IMG/VR virus record: IMGVR_UViG_3300030012_002406
Location: 1-39,722 of that record
Reading direction: 5' to 3' (one strand)
From: a virus
Lineage: Duplodnaviria > Caudoviricetes
DNA length: 39,722 nucleotides
Shown here: positions 7,872-17,294 of the stretch, piece by piece
Layout: the number at the start of each line of letters is the position of its first letter
Position numbering within the stretch: the first letter of the stretch is position 1
Notes under the pieces: model-generated
The model's input: the letters and a program-made list of their open reading frames with translations, nothing else
Databases searched by the model: none
Told to the model about the DNA's origin: nothing
Made by a program: the position numbers and the translations under genes

Positions 7872-8383
7872 TAAAATTATTTGACATACAAAATGGCAAG
7901 GTAGTTCCAACAGAACATTGCTATACATTAAAGTCTCTAAAGACTATTATGGATAAATACCCTAAAACTTATTTATCTATATATCAGTATATATTTTATA
8001 TGACATGTCCAGATCCTGATATGAATCCATTTTTTAATATGCCTGAACATGAGAAAGAAGATATGATTATAGAAGAAATAGGTTTAGAGGATTCACCAGA
8101 AGATGGTGCAATAAGGCATGGTTTAGATACTTGTAAAGAACTATATCAAACACCTACATATAGAGCCTATAAAGGTATTAAAACAATGTTAGATAGACTA
8201 GCAAGATATATGGAGACTACATCTATAGAACATGGAAGAGATGGTAATTTAACATCTTTAGTTAATACTGCTGCTAAATTTGACCAAATAAGACAATCAT
8301 TTAAAGGAGCGTATAATGACATGAAAGATGAACAGAAAAGCTCTGTCCGCGGTGGGCAAGGGTTAGCATATGATCAATTATAA
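7865..8383 (+). CDS. Protein upstream of the terminase; candidate small terminase subunit
   Basis: 172-aa helical protein ending VRGG. The role is inferred from position only. Confidence 0.5.
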   Translation: MLIKLFDIQNGKVVPTEHCYTLKSLKTIMDKYPKTYLSIYQYIFYMTCPDPDMNPFFNMPEHEKEDMIIEEIGLEDSPEDGAIRHGLDTCKELYQTPTYRAYKGIKTMLDRLARYMETTSIEHGRDGNLTSLVNTAAKFDQIRQSFKGAYNDMKDEQKSSVRGGQGLAYDQL

Positions 8384-8393
8384 ATTTAAAACT

Positions 8394-8663
8394 ATGAAAA
8401 GTATAAGACCAGTAGGAGATAGGCTCCTAATTATAAGACACAAAGCTGAAGAAAAAACAAGTGGTGGTATTTATATACCAGAAGCAGCACAAGAGTCAGA
8501 AGATAAAGGAACAGTTATAGCAGTTGGAGATGATGTTAAAGGCATTCATGAAGGTGAAGTTGTTCTATTTAATCAATTTATTCAACCTGTAAAAGTATCT
8601 CATATGGGAGATGAGCATATTCTATTAAAGCAACAAGATATTTGGGCTATAGAAGATGTATAA
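8394..8663 (+). CDS. groES: Co-chaperonin GroES (Cpn10)
   Basis: IRPVGDRLLI, mobile loop EEKTSGGIYIP, GTVIAVG, GEVVLF and QDIWAI. Probable start ATG 8394. Confidence 0.92.
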   Translation: MKSIRPVGDRLLIIRHKAEEKTSGGIYIPEAAQESEDKGTVIAVGDDVKGIHEGEVVLFNQFIQPVKVSHMGDEHILLKQQDIWAIEDV

Positions 8664-10848
8664 ATCTATACCTACATATAAAGATAATAAGTGGACTACT
8701 ACAAATTTTGAAACACAAGAAGAGTTTAAAAAGTTTGTAGTAGTTTTATTTAAAGAACCAGGTCAATATAATTTTGATAAAACTGCTTATTTATTTAATA
8801 AAGAGGCTAAGATTTTTAATGAGCAGGGATATTATTGTGATAAACCATTTAGATCTAAAGATTTTATAAACTATTGGAATGATCAAAAGGAAAAGTGCAG
8901 ACATGGTGTAATTTATATAGGAAAAAAAGAAACATGGTATCTAACAAGAGACTACTATATGTGGTTAAACTTCTTACCTATATTTGATAAAGAAGAAAAG
9001 AAGTATGGTTTTGCTAAAGTAAGAGACGCACAATATCATATGGCTATATATGAGCTTCTAGCAGAACTTAACTATAAACATGCGGCTATTTTAAAGAAAA
9101 GACAGATAGCATCTTCATACTTTCATATGGCTAAACTTATAAATCAATTTTGGTTTGAAGAAGGATCTATATGTAAAATGGGAGCTTCATTAAAAGATTA
9201 TATTAATGATAAAGGTTCTTGGAAGTTTTTAGATGAGTATAAAACATTTCTTAATGAACATACTGCTTGGTATAGACCTTGTACACCTGAGAAAGTATTA
9301 TTATGGGAACAAAAAATAGAAGTAAGAATAAACAACAGAAAAACTAATAAAGGACTTATGTCTAAAATACAAGGAGCTTCTTTTGAAAAGAATGCTACAA
9401 CAGGTGTAGGTGGACCATGTACTTACTTTTTTCATGAGGAAGCTGGTATTGCTCCTAAGATGGATCAAACATATGAGTATATTAGACCAGCAATGTCTTC
9501 AGGTATGATAACTACAGGTATGTTTATAGCTGCAGGATCAGTGGGTGATCTTGATCAATGTAATCCATTAAAAGAAATGATACTTAATCCACAAGCAAAT
9601 GATATATATGCTGTAGAAACGGATCTAATGGATGATAAAGGCACTATTGGTATTGCAGGTCTATTTATACCTGAACAATGGTCTATGCCTCCTTTTATTG
9701 ATAAATACGGTAATTCTATGATAGAAAAAGCTTTAGCAGCTATTATTGAAGAAAGAAATGAATGGAAAAAAGATTTAGCACCAGAGCAATATCAATTACG
9801 TATATCACAAAAACCAATAAACATTGCAGAAGCTTTTGCATATAGAAAAGAAGCTATATTTCCACAAAGTATATTAGAAAAACAAATAAGGAGTATAGAA
9901 GAAAAGAAATATGCATATGAGTTTATTAAATTAGAACGTGATCAAGATGGTATAAAAGCCAGTAAAACAAATAAATTACCTATAACTACTTTTCCTGTTA
10001 AGAAAAAATTAGAAGATAAATCTGGATCTATAGTTGTATGGGAAAGACCTGTAAAGAATCCAAAGTTTATGATGTATTATGCATCTATTGACCCTGTATC
10101 AGAAGGTAAAACAACAACATCAGATTCTTTATGTAGTATATTTGTTTATAAGAATGCTGTTGAGGTTACAAGAAATACACCAGATGGACCTGAAACATTT
10201 ATAGAAAAAGATAAGATAGTAGCATCTTGGTGTGGTAGATATGATGATATAAATAAAACACATGAACAATTAGAACTTATAATAGAATGGTATAAAGCAT
10301 GGACTATAGTTGAGAACAATATATCATTATTTATTCAGCATATGATAGCTAGAAAGAAACAAAAATATCTTGTACCAAAACAACAAATTTTATTTTTAAA
10401 AGATCTAGGATCAAATAAAAATGTATTCCAAGAATATGGTTGGAAAAATACTGGAACATTATTTAAAAGTCACTTAATATCTTATGCTATAGAATATATA
10501 AGAGAAGTTATAGATGAAGATCTAGATGTTAATGGAGAAGTCATAGGACAAACGCTAGGAGTGTCAAGAATACCAGATAAAATGTTACTAATAGAAATGA
10601 GACAATATTATCCTGGACTTAACGTGGATAGACTTGTAGCTTTTTCTGCATTGATAGCATTTGCAAAAATACAACAGTCTAATAGAGGTTATTTAAAGCA
10701 CAGAGAAAAGGATAAGTCAACAGATAGCTTGGAAAAGTCTAAAAATTTGTATAAATTATCTAGTAGTCCTTTTAGAAATTTAGGGCGTAACAAACGCAGA
10801 TTAGGAGGTAAAAAATTTAAGAAATCAGCATTTAAAAATATAAAATAA
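8656..10848 (+). CDS. terL: Terminase large subunit
   Basis: Walker A-like LKKRQIASS, Walker B FFHEEAG, and RNase H-like nuclease motifs YYASIDPV, IVENN and DRLVAF; lies upstream of the portal. Confidence 0.93.
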   Translation: MYKSIPTYKDNKWTTTNFETQEEFKKFVVVLFKEPGQYNFDKTAYLFNKEAKIFNEQGYYCDKPFRSKDFINYWNDQKEKCRHGVIYIGKKETWYLTRDYYMWLNFLPIFDKEEKKYGFAKVRDAQYHMAIYELLAELNYKHAAILKKRQIASSYFHMAKLINQFWFEEGSICKMGASLKDYINDKGSWKFLDEYKTFLNEHTAWYRPCTPEKVLLWEQKIEVRINNRKTNKGLMSKIQGASFEKNATTGVGGPCTYFFHEEAGIAPKMDQTYEYIRPAMSSGMITTGMFIAAGSVGDLDQCNPLKEMILNPQANDIYAVETDLMDDKGTIGIAGLFIPEQWSMPPFIDKYGNSMIEKALAAIIEERNEWKKDLAPEQYQLRISQKPINIAEAFAYRKEAIFPQSILEKQIRSIEEKKYAYEFIKLERDQDGIKASKTNKLPITTFPVKKKLEDKSGSIVVWERPVKNPKFMMYYASIDPVSEGKTTTSDSLCSIFVYKNAVEVTRNTPDGPETFIEKDKIVASWCGRYDDINKTHEQLELIIEWYKAWTIVENNISLFIQHMIARKKQKYLVPKQQILFLKDLGSNKNVFQEYGWKNTGTLFKSHLISYAIEYIREVIDEDLDVNGEVIGQTLGVSRIPDKMLLIEMRQYYPGLNVDRLVAFSALIAFAKIQQSNRGYLKHREKDKSTDSLEKSKNLYKLSSSPFRNLGRNKRRLGGKKFKKSAFKNIK
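10729..10764 (+). promoter_or_regulatory. Putative late promoter embedded in the terminase 3' end
   Basis: TTGG at 10729 and TAAATTAT at 10752 show the same 23-nt offset as the intergenic copies. Confidence 0.45.
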
Positions 10849-10946
10849 TGAAATACTGGAACAGTACACCTACAATGGTTAATATATCTTGGACAACTAA
10901 TTCTTCTTACACTGATGTGTCAATCAAGTATACAATTAAGAAATAA
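10848..10946 (+). CDS. 32-aa micro-ORF MKYWNSTPTMVNISWTTNSSYTDVSIKYTIKK
   Basis: TAATG overlap with the terL stop; ends 5 nt before the portal ATG and fills the gap. Confidence 0.55.
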   Translation: MKYWNSTPTMVNISWTTNSSYTDVSIKYTIKK

Positions 10947-10951
10947 CAAGT

Positions 10952-13711
10952 ATGAAAGTATTTAATGCATTACAATTAAAGCAAGGCGCAAAAGCAAAAT
11001 CTTCTGGGTATCCTTCTGGTCTTAACTTAACACAACCTATACAATTTTTATCAAGTAAAAAGAAAAATAAAAATTGGGCAGCATGGAATTTAGATTGGTT
11101 AGAAAATCAAGGTATGATGCAGTTAAGGAATAATGCACGTAAAATCCTAAAAAATTATAAGTTAGCAAAAGGGATTATAGATAAAACTGATTATGTTATA
11201 GAAGAAGATAATGAGTACAAGGATCTAATGGATGTACTAACACAAGAAGATAACTCTGCATTAGAATTAAAATTTTATCCTATTATACCAAATGTAGTTA
11301 ACGTTTTATCTGGTGAATTTTCTAAGAGATATTCTAAAGTACAATTTAGAGCAGTAGATGATCTATCATATAATGAAATGATAGAAGAAAAAAGAATAAT
11401 GATAGAAGAGAATTTACTTGCAGATGCTAAAATAAAGATAATGCAAGAGATGGCTAAGATGGGCGTGGATATAGAATCTGATGAAGCACAACAACAATTA
11501 CAAAAAGAAAACTTAAAAACATTACCAGAGATAGAACAATTTTTTCAAAAAGACTATAGAAGTTTAGTAGAAGAATGGGCTACCCATCAGCTTAGAGTTG
11601 ATGAAGAAAGATTTAAAATGCAAGAATTAGAAGAAAGAGCTTTCCGTGATATGCTTATATGTGATAGAGAGTTCTGGCATTTTAGAATGATGGAAGATGA
11701 TTATGAAGTTGAACTATGGAATCCTGCACTTACGTTTTATCAAAAGTCTCCAGATACCAGATACATATCAGATGGTAACTATGTAGGTAAATGTGATATG
11801 ATGACTGTATCAGATGTTATAGATTGTTTTGGGTATTTAATGACAGAGAAACAATTAAGGTCATTACAAGAAATACATCCTGCAAAATCTGCTAGATATC
11901 AGTTAACAGGATATCAGAATGATGGTACATTTTATGATCCTACAAAATCACATAAATGGAATACAGATTCACCATCTTTAGGATTTAGACAGTTTATGAG
12001 TAATTATAATCATACCTCTCAAGGATCTGATGTAATAGATTATATACTTGGAGAAGGAGAAGATTATGCAATGTGGGGTGACAGTACATTAATGAGAGTT
12101 ACAACTGCTTATTGGAAATCTCAAAGAAAACTAGGACATCTAACTAGAGTTATGGATGATGGTTCTGTACAACAACAAATTATAGATGAAAACTGGGTTT
12201 TAACTGAAGAGCCAGTATATAACACAAATCTATTTAAACAAAAAACAAGAGATAATCTAGTACAAGGTGAACATGTAGATTGGATTTGGATAAATGAAGT
12301 TTGGGGAGGTGTTAAGATAGGTCCTAACTTACCAGGTTCATATGCAACTGAAGTTGATGAAAATAATATAAGTCCTATATACTTAGGTATAAATAAATCT
12401 ACACCAGGTAGAGTTGAGTTTCAATTTAAAGGAGATAATAACTTATATGGTTGTAAACTTCCTGTTGAGGGTAGAGTATTTTCAGATAGAAATACAAGAT
12501 CTACATCATTAGTAGATTTAATGAAAGCATATCAAGTAGGTTATAATATGGTTAATAATCAGATAGCAGATATATTAGTAGATGAATTAGGTACTGTTAT
12601 TATGTTTGATCAAAATGCATTACCGCGTCATTCAATGGGTGAAGATTGGGGTAAAAATAATTATGCAAAAGCATATGTAGCAATGAAGGACTTTGGTATG
12701 TTACCACTTGATACTTCTATAACTAATACAGAAAATGCTACAAATTTTAATCATTATCAAACATTAAATTTAGAGCAAACAAATAGGTTAATGTCTAGAA
12801 TACAATTAGCTAATCATTTTAAAAATCAAGCATTTGAAGCTATTGGTGTAAATCCTCAAAGAATGGGACAAGAAATAGCTAGACAAACTGCAACTGGAGT
12901 ACAACAAGCTGTTCAGTCTTCATATTCTCAAACTGAAATGTATTTTATACAACACTCAGATAATCTTATGCCTAGAGTTCATAAAATGAGAACAGATCTT
13001 TCTCAATACTATCATAGTACTAAACCAAGTGTAAGGTTAAATTATATATCTAGTGAAGCTGAAAAAGTAAACTTCCAAATAAATGGAACAGAACTTTTAA
13101 TGAGAGACTTTAACATTTTTTGTACTACTAAGTCTAATCATAGAGCTGTGTTAGATCAATTAAAACAACTAGCAATATCTAATAATACTACAGGTGCAAG
13201 TATTTTTGATCTTGGTAGTATTGTTAAGGCAGACTCTATAGCAGAAGTATCTAATATTTTAAAAGGAGCTGAAGATAAACAATTAAAGCAAAGACAACAA
13301 GAAATGCAACAGCAAAAAGAAATGCAAGAACAACAACTTCAAGCTCAAGCTCAAGAGAAAGCTGCAGAACGTGAATTTCAGGCTCAAGAGAACCAAGCTA
13401 ACCGGGATAAGGATGTTGCAGTTGCACAGATTAGAACAACTAGAATGGATGATGATGTAACGCAACAAGATCTAGCTAAGACTTTTAATGAAGCTGAAAA
13501 AACTTTAGCTTCTAGAGATCAGTTTAGAGAGAAAATGAATATGGCAAGAGAGAAAAATATGAGAGATGTTACTCTTAGTAATAATAAAGCAGCTTTAGAC
13601 AAAGAAAAGTTAATGGTTCAACGTGATATAGCTAACACTAAATTGGAAATAGCAAAAGAGAATAAAAATAGATATGACGTGAAAAATACTGATAAAAAGG
13701 AAGAAAAGTAA
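10952..13711 (+). CDS. Portal protein (crAss-like)
   Basis: 919 aa after terL; YPIIPNVVNVLSGE, GVNPQRMG...TATGVQQA and a long Q/E-rich C-terminal barrel helix. Confidence 0.9.
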   Translation: MKVFNALQLKQGAKAKSSGYPSGLNLTQPIQFLSSKKKNKNWAAWNLDWLENQGMMQLRNNARKILKNYKLAKGIIDKTDYVIEEDNEYKDLMDVLTQEDNSALELKFYPIIPNVVNVLSGEFSKRYSKVQFRAVDDLSYNEMIEEKRIMIEENLLADAKIKIMQEMAKMGVDIESDEAQQQLQKENLKTLPEIEQFFQKDYRSLVEEWATHQLRVDEERFKMQELEERAFRDMLICDREFWHFRMMEDDYEVELWNPALTFYQKSPDTRYISDGNYVGKCDMMTVSDVIDCFGYLMTEKQLRSLQEIHPAKSARYQLTGYQNDGTFYDPTKSHKWNTDSPSLGFRQFMSNYNHTSQGSDVIDYILGEGEDYAMWGDSTLMRVTTAYWKSQRKLGHLTRVMDDGSVQQQIIDENWVLTEEPVYNTNLFKQKTRDNLVQGEHVDWIWINEVWGGVKIGPNLPGSYATEVDENNISPIYLGINKSTPGRVEFQFKGDNNLYGCKLPVEGRVFSDRNTRSTSLVDLMKAYQVGYNMVNNQIADILVDELGTVIMFDQNALPRHSMGEDWGKNNYAKAYVAMKDFGMLPLDTSITNTENATNFNHYQTLNLEQTNRLMSRIQLANHFKNQAFEAIGVNPQRMGQEIARQTATGVQQAVQSSYSQTEMYFIQHSDNLMPRVHKMRTDLSQYYHSTKPSVRLNYISSEAEKVNFQINGTELLMRDFNIFCTTKSNHRAVLDQLKQLAISNNTTGASIFDLGSIVKADSIAEVSNILKGAEDKQLKQRQQEMQQQKEMQEQQLQAQAQEKAAEREFQAQENQANRDKDVAVAQIRTTRMDDDVTQQDLAKTFNEAEKTLASRDQFREKMNMAREKNMRDVTLSNNKAALDKEKLMVQRDIANTKLEIAKENKNRYDVKNTDKKEEK

Positions 13712-13757
13712 TAGATAGCTATATACTGATAAAAATTTAATTTAAAATAAAAAATTT

Positions 13758-13797
13758 TTGAAGTTTACTAAAAACTTTTTATTATATTATTAATGTA
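13758..13797 (+). promoter_or_regulatory. Putative late promoter of the capsid operon
   Basis: TTATATTATTAATGTA at 13782-13797 in the portal-scaffold gap. Confidence 0.55.
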
Positions 13798-13820
13798 GTA
13801 ATAATTAAAACCAAAAAATT

Positions 13821-15110
13821 ATGGCAGAAGAAAATAAAACCGTAGAAGAAACTAAAGTTGAAAAAGTAGATGTCAACTTAGATGAAATATTTGGAGGAGC
13901 TCCTGGGAGTGAATCAATAACAACACCAGAAGAACCAGCAAAACCAAATATTTTTAGCAAAAGAAAGCCAGTAGATGTTTCTTTTATAGATAAAGAAACA
14001 GAAACTAAAGAGGATGTAAAAGCTGAAACAGAAGAAGTAGAAGAAAAAGTAGAAGAAAAGAAAGAGGAAGTAAAAGTTGAAGCAAAAAAAGATCCTGTAA
14101 ATATAGATGAAGTTCTAGGAGTTGAAGAAGATATAGTTGAAGAAGAACAAATAGAACAAAAGAAAAGAGGGAGAAGAAAGATTGAAGGTGTATCTGATGT
14201 ATTTAAAAAGTTAATAGATGAAGAAAAACTATTAGCTTTTGATGATGGAAAAGAGTTAGATGAATACACAGCTAAGGATTGGCAAGAATTAATTCAAGCT
14301 AACTTAGATGAAAGAGCAAGAGCAGTAAGGAAAGAAACTCCTAAACAGTTCTTTGACAGTTTGCCACAAGAATTACAAGTAGCTGCAAGATATGTAGCTG
14401 ACGGAGGTAAAGATTTAAAAGGCTTATTTGGTGCATTATCACATGTAGAACAAGTAAGAGAGTTAAATCCTAAGAAAGAAAAAGATCAAGAAAAGATAGT
14501 AAGAGACTTTTTGGGAGCAACAGGTTTCGGTACAGCAGAAGAGATTGAAGAAGAAATAGATGTTTGGAAAGACTTAGGAAAACTTGAAAAACAAGCTTTA
14601 AAGTTTAAGCCAAAGTTAGATAAGATGCAAGAAAAAGTAATTGCTAGAAAGCTTCAAGAACAAGAAATGAAGAAAAGAAAGCAAGCACAAGCATCAAAAA
14701 ATTATATGCAGAATGTGTACAATACACTAAAAGATGGTAGAGTAGGAGAGGTTAAGGTAGATAGAAAGACGCAGAATTTATTATATAACGGTCTAGTAAA
14801 TCCAGCATATCCATCAATTAGTGGAAAGAACACAAACCTATTGGGGCACTTGTTAGAAAAGTATCAGTTTGTAGAACCAAACTATCCTTTGATAACAGAA
14901 GCATTATGGTTACTAGCAGATCCAAAAGGATATAAGAGTAATATAATGAAGAAAGGAGAAAACAAAGCAGTAGCAGATACAGTTAGAAAATTAAAATCTG
15001 CACAAGCTAATAAAGTTTCTTCAGCAGTGCAAGAAAAGCAAGAAAATGCTACTAGGAAAAAGGCTCCTAGAAGAATACCAAGAGGAAATAATATTTTTAA
15101 AAGAATGTAA
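13821..15110 (+). CDS. Putative capsid scaffolding/assembly protein
   Basis: Highly acidic N-terminal region, helical core and basic C-terminal tail; lies between portal and major capsid gene. Confidence 0.7.
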   Translation: MAEENKTVEETKVEKVDVNLDEIFGGAPGSESITTPEEPAKPNIFSKRKPVDVSFIDKETETKEDVKAETEEVEEKVEEKKEEVKVEAKKDPVNIDEVLGVEEDIVEEEQIEQKKRGRRKIEGVSDVFKKLIDEEKLLAFDDGKELDEYTAKDWQELIQANLDERARAVRKETPKQFFDSLPQELQVAARYVADGGKDLKGLFGALSHVEQVRELNPKKEKDQEKIVRDFLGATGFGTAEEIEEEIDVWKDLGKLEKQALKFKPKLDKMQEKVIARKLQEQEMKKRKQAQASKNYMQNVYNTLKDGRVGEVKVDRKTQNLLYNGLVNPAYPSISGKNTNLLGHLLEKYQFVEPNYPLITEALWLLADPKGYKSNIMKKGENKAVADTVRKLKSAQANKVSSAVQEKQENATRKKAPRRIPRGNNIFKRM

Positions 15111-15156
15111 AAACAAATAATTAACTAGAATATTAACACTTAAATAATTTTTAATC

Positions 15157-15531
15157 ATGGGAAATCCACAAAAATATTTTGTCAAAGCAACGTATGACCA
15201 TACAGATGGGCAGTCTCAAGGAGATGTTACTTTAGCTGTGACTGATAATGTACCTAAAGGTGCTACAATCACTGACGTAATTATAGAAAAAGTAGAGAAC
15301 ATCACTAGTGGTGGAGCTGCTTTAACTACTATAACTGCTGGAGGTGTAACTATTACAGGTAATATAGCTCTTGGTAGTTTAGCAGGAGGTGCAGGTTATG
15401 TAACAGATGCTAATGTTGGTCGTCTATACATTGACACTACGTCTAATGCACCTATTGGAATCAATATTGCAGATGCAGACTATAACGGTTCATCAGGCAA
15501 ATTTAACATAACAGTAGGCTATTTATTATAG
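15157..15531 (+). CDS. Small beta-rich virion protein, candidate capsid decoration/cement protein
   Basis: 124 aa, G/T/A/I-rich; VPKGATITDVII...GKFNITVGY pattern; directly precedes the capsid gene. Confidence 0.55.
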   Translation: MGNPQKYFVKATYDHTDGQSQGDVTLAVTDNVPKGATITDVIIEKVENITSGGAALTTITAGGVTITGNIALGSLAGGAGYVTDANVGRLYIDTTSNAPIGINIADADYNGSSGKFNITVGYLL

Positions 15532-15586
15532 ACCTAAAAAAGTATAACAATTAACAAGAATATTAATCAATTAACAACAATCAATT

Positions 15587-17221
15587 ATGGCAACACCAGT
15601 TTTAAATAATGGGATTTTCCTAAGAGATACAAACTACAAGGCTAGTTCTCATATTGATTCTTACCACTTAACAGCAATGTTGGGATCAGCAGAACCTATG
15701 GATATGGGTCCTGTTGATCTATGGGCTATGACACAAAAGGTAGAGATGCCTTTGTATCAATTAGCTTCATTTGGAGGTCAGAATACAATTATGGTAGACA
15801 ACGCTAGAGGTGAGTATAAATGGCAAACTCCCATTGCACAAGACCTACCATATTCTTTAGGTAAGATTGATGGCGTACTTGACGCTACAGGAACTATCAG
15901 AGGAGTAGATGGGCAAACATTCAAAATTCTTTTAAGTAAGAGAACATTTGGACATGGAGATATTATTACTTATGACAAGTATAATGGTAAAGAACTTTAT
16001 GTTACTGCGGAAGACATTCTTCCATCAGGTGACGGATTTGTTTATACTGTACAACTTGTAAACAGTGATAACACTGCAGGTTTAGCTGATAAATACTTAA
16101 AGTCAGGAACTAAATTTTTTAGAAAAGGTTCCGCAAGAGGAGAATACGGAGAAAGATTTTCAGATATTGAAACAGGAACAGGATTTAGAGAGTTCTACAA
16201 CTTTGTAGGAGGAGCTGAAGCACACGTTCACTATTCAGTTTCATCAAGAGCAGACTTAATGCTTAAAGGTGGAATGAATGCTGACGGTACTATTCCAGTT
16301 ACAGAAATTTGGAGAACTTTTGATCAAGATGTAAATCCATCTGTTTCTTCTTTAGAAAGCATGGTTGAGATCATGGGTGCTGATTATGTAAAAAGAGCAT
16401 TTGATGAAGGAAACCTAACAAGAACTTTCTTAACAAACTTAGAAGCTGCACACTTAAACAAAATTGCAGCAGATATTGAGACTTACCTAATGTGGGGACA
16501 CGGAGGTAGAGTTAGACAAGATGGACCAGATGATATTAGAATGTCTGTAGGTCTTTGGAAGCAATTAGATAACTCTTACAAGAGAATCTATAATAAGTCT
16601 TCTTTCAGCTTAGATATGTTTAAGTCTGAACTTTATAATTTCTATCAAGGTAAAGTTGAATTAGAAGGGCCAGATCCACAAAGAACATTAATTGTTCAAA
16701 CAGGTATTGGTGGTATGAAGCTTGTAAATGATGCTATTGCAGCAGAAGCAGCAGGTTTAGGAAACCAGTATGTAATTAATGCTGATAATAACGGTATTGT
16801 TACAGGATCAGGAATGGATTTAGGATTTGGATTTGCATTTACTTCATATGTAATTCCTTTCTTAGCAAATGTAAGATTTGTATTAAATCCTGCTTTTGAT
16901 AATTTACATACTAATGATATTGAGAATCCACTTATTGACGGAAGACCTTTAAGCTCTTATAGCTTTATTATCTTTGACGTTACTGAGACAGGAAATGATA
17001 ACATTCACTTGTTGAAACTTTCATGGGATAATCAATTAAAATGGTTCTACCAAAATGGTACAATGGACTACATGGGTAGAACACAAGGATTTGCTTCATC
17101 TGGACAGTTTAATGGGTATAGAGTTTACATGACTCAAACCTTTCCAGCTGTATGGGTAAAAGATCCGACTAAAGTCCTTAAAATAGTAATGAAGAATCCA
17201 GTAACTGGAGGATCATTCTAA
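15587..17221 (+). CDS. Major capsid protein (crAss-like, HK97 fold inferred)
   Basis: 544 aa; EYKW, IETYLMWG, GLWKQL and VQTGIGG motifs; synteny; followed by a strong terminator. Confidence 0.88.
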   Translation: MATPVLNNGIFLRDTNYKASSHIDSYHLTAMLGSAEPMDMGPVDLWAMTQKVEMPLYQLASFGGQNTIMVDNARGEYKWQTPIAQDLPYSLGKIDGVLDATGTIRGVDGQTFKILLSKRTFGHGDIITYDKYNGKELYVTAEDILPSGDGFVYTVQLVNSDNTAGLADKYLKSGTKFFRKGSARGEYGERFSDIETGTGFREFYNFVGGAEAHVHYSVSSRADLMLKGGMNADGTIPVTEIWRTFDQDVNPSVSSLESMVEIMGADYVKRAFDEGNLTRTFLTNLEAAHLNKIAADIETYLMWGHGGRVRQDGPDDIRMSVGLWKQLDNSYKRIYNKSSFSLDMFKSELYNFYQGKVELEGPDPQRTLIVQTGIGGMKLVNDAIAAEAAGLGNQYVINADNNGIVTGSGMDLGFGFAFTSYVIPFLANVRFVLNPAFDNLHTNDIENPLIDGRPLSSYSFIIFDVTETGNDNIHLLKLSWDNQLKWFYQNGTMDYMGRTQGFASSGQFNGYRVYMTQTFPAVWVKDPTKVLKIVMKNPVTGGSF

Positions 17222-17237
17222 TATTTATTTATAGATT

Positions 17238-17274
17238 AAGGAGGGGACAAGTTCCCCTCTTTTATCTTTTTTTT
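17238..17274 (+). terminator. Intrinsic terminator after the capsid gene
   Basis: GAGGGGA-CAAGT-TCCCCTC followed by TTTTATCTTTTTTTT. Confidence 0.85.
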
Positions 17275-17294
17275 AATTTTAAAACCTAACTAAA

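Noticed and set aside
8656-17221. Introns or inteins in terminase, portal or capsid genes
   Set aside because: The ORFs are uninterrupted, and I saw no intein splice motifs or homing-endonuclease ORFs.
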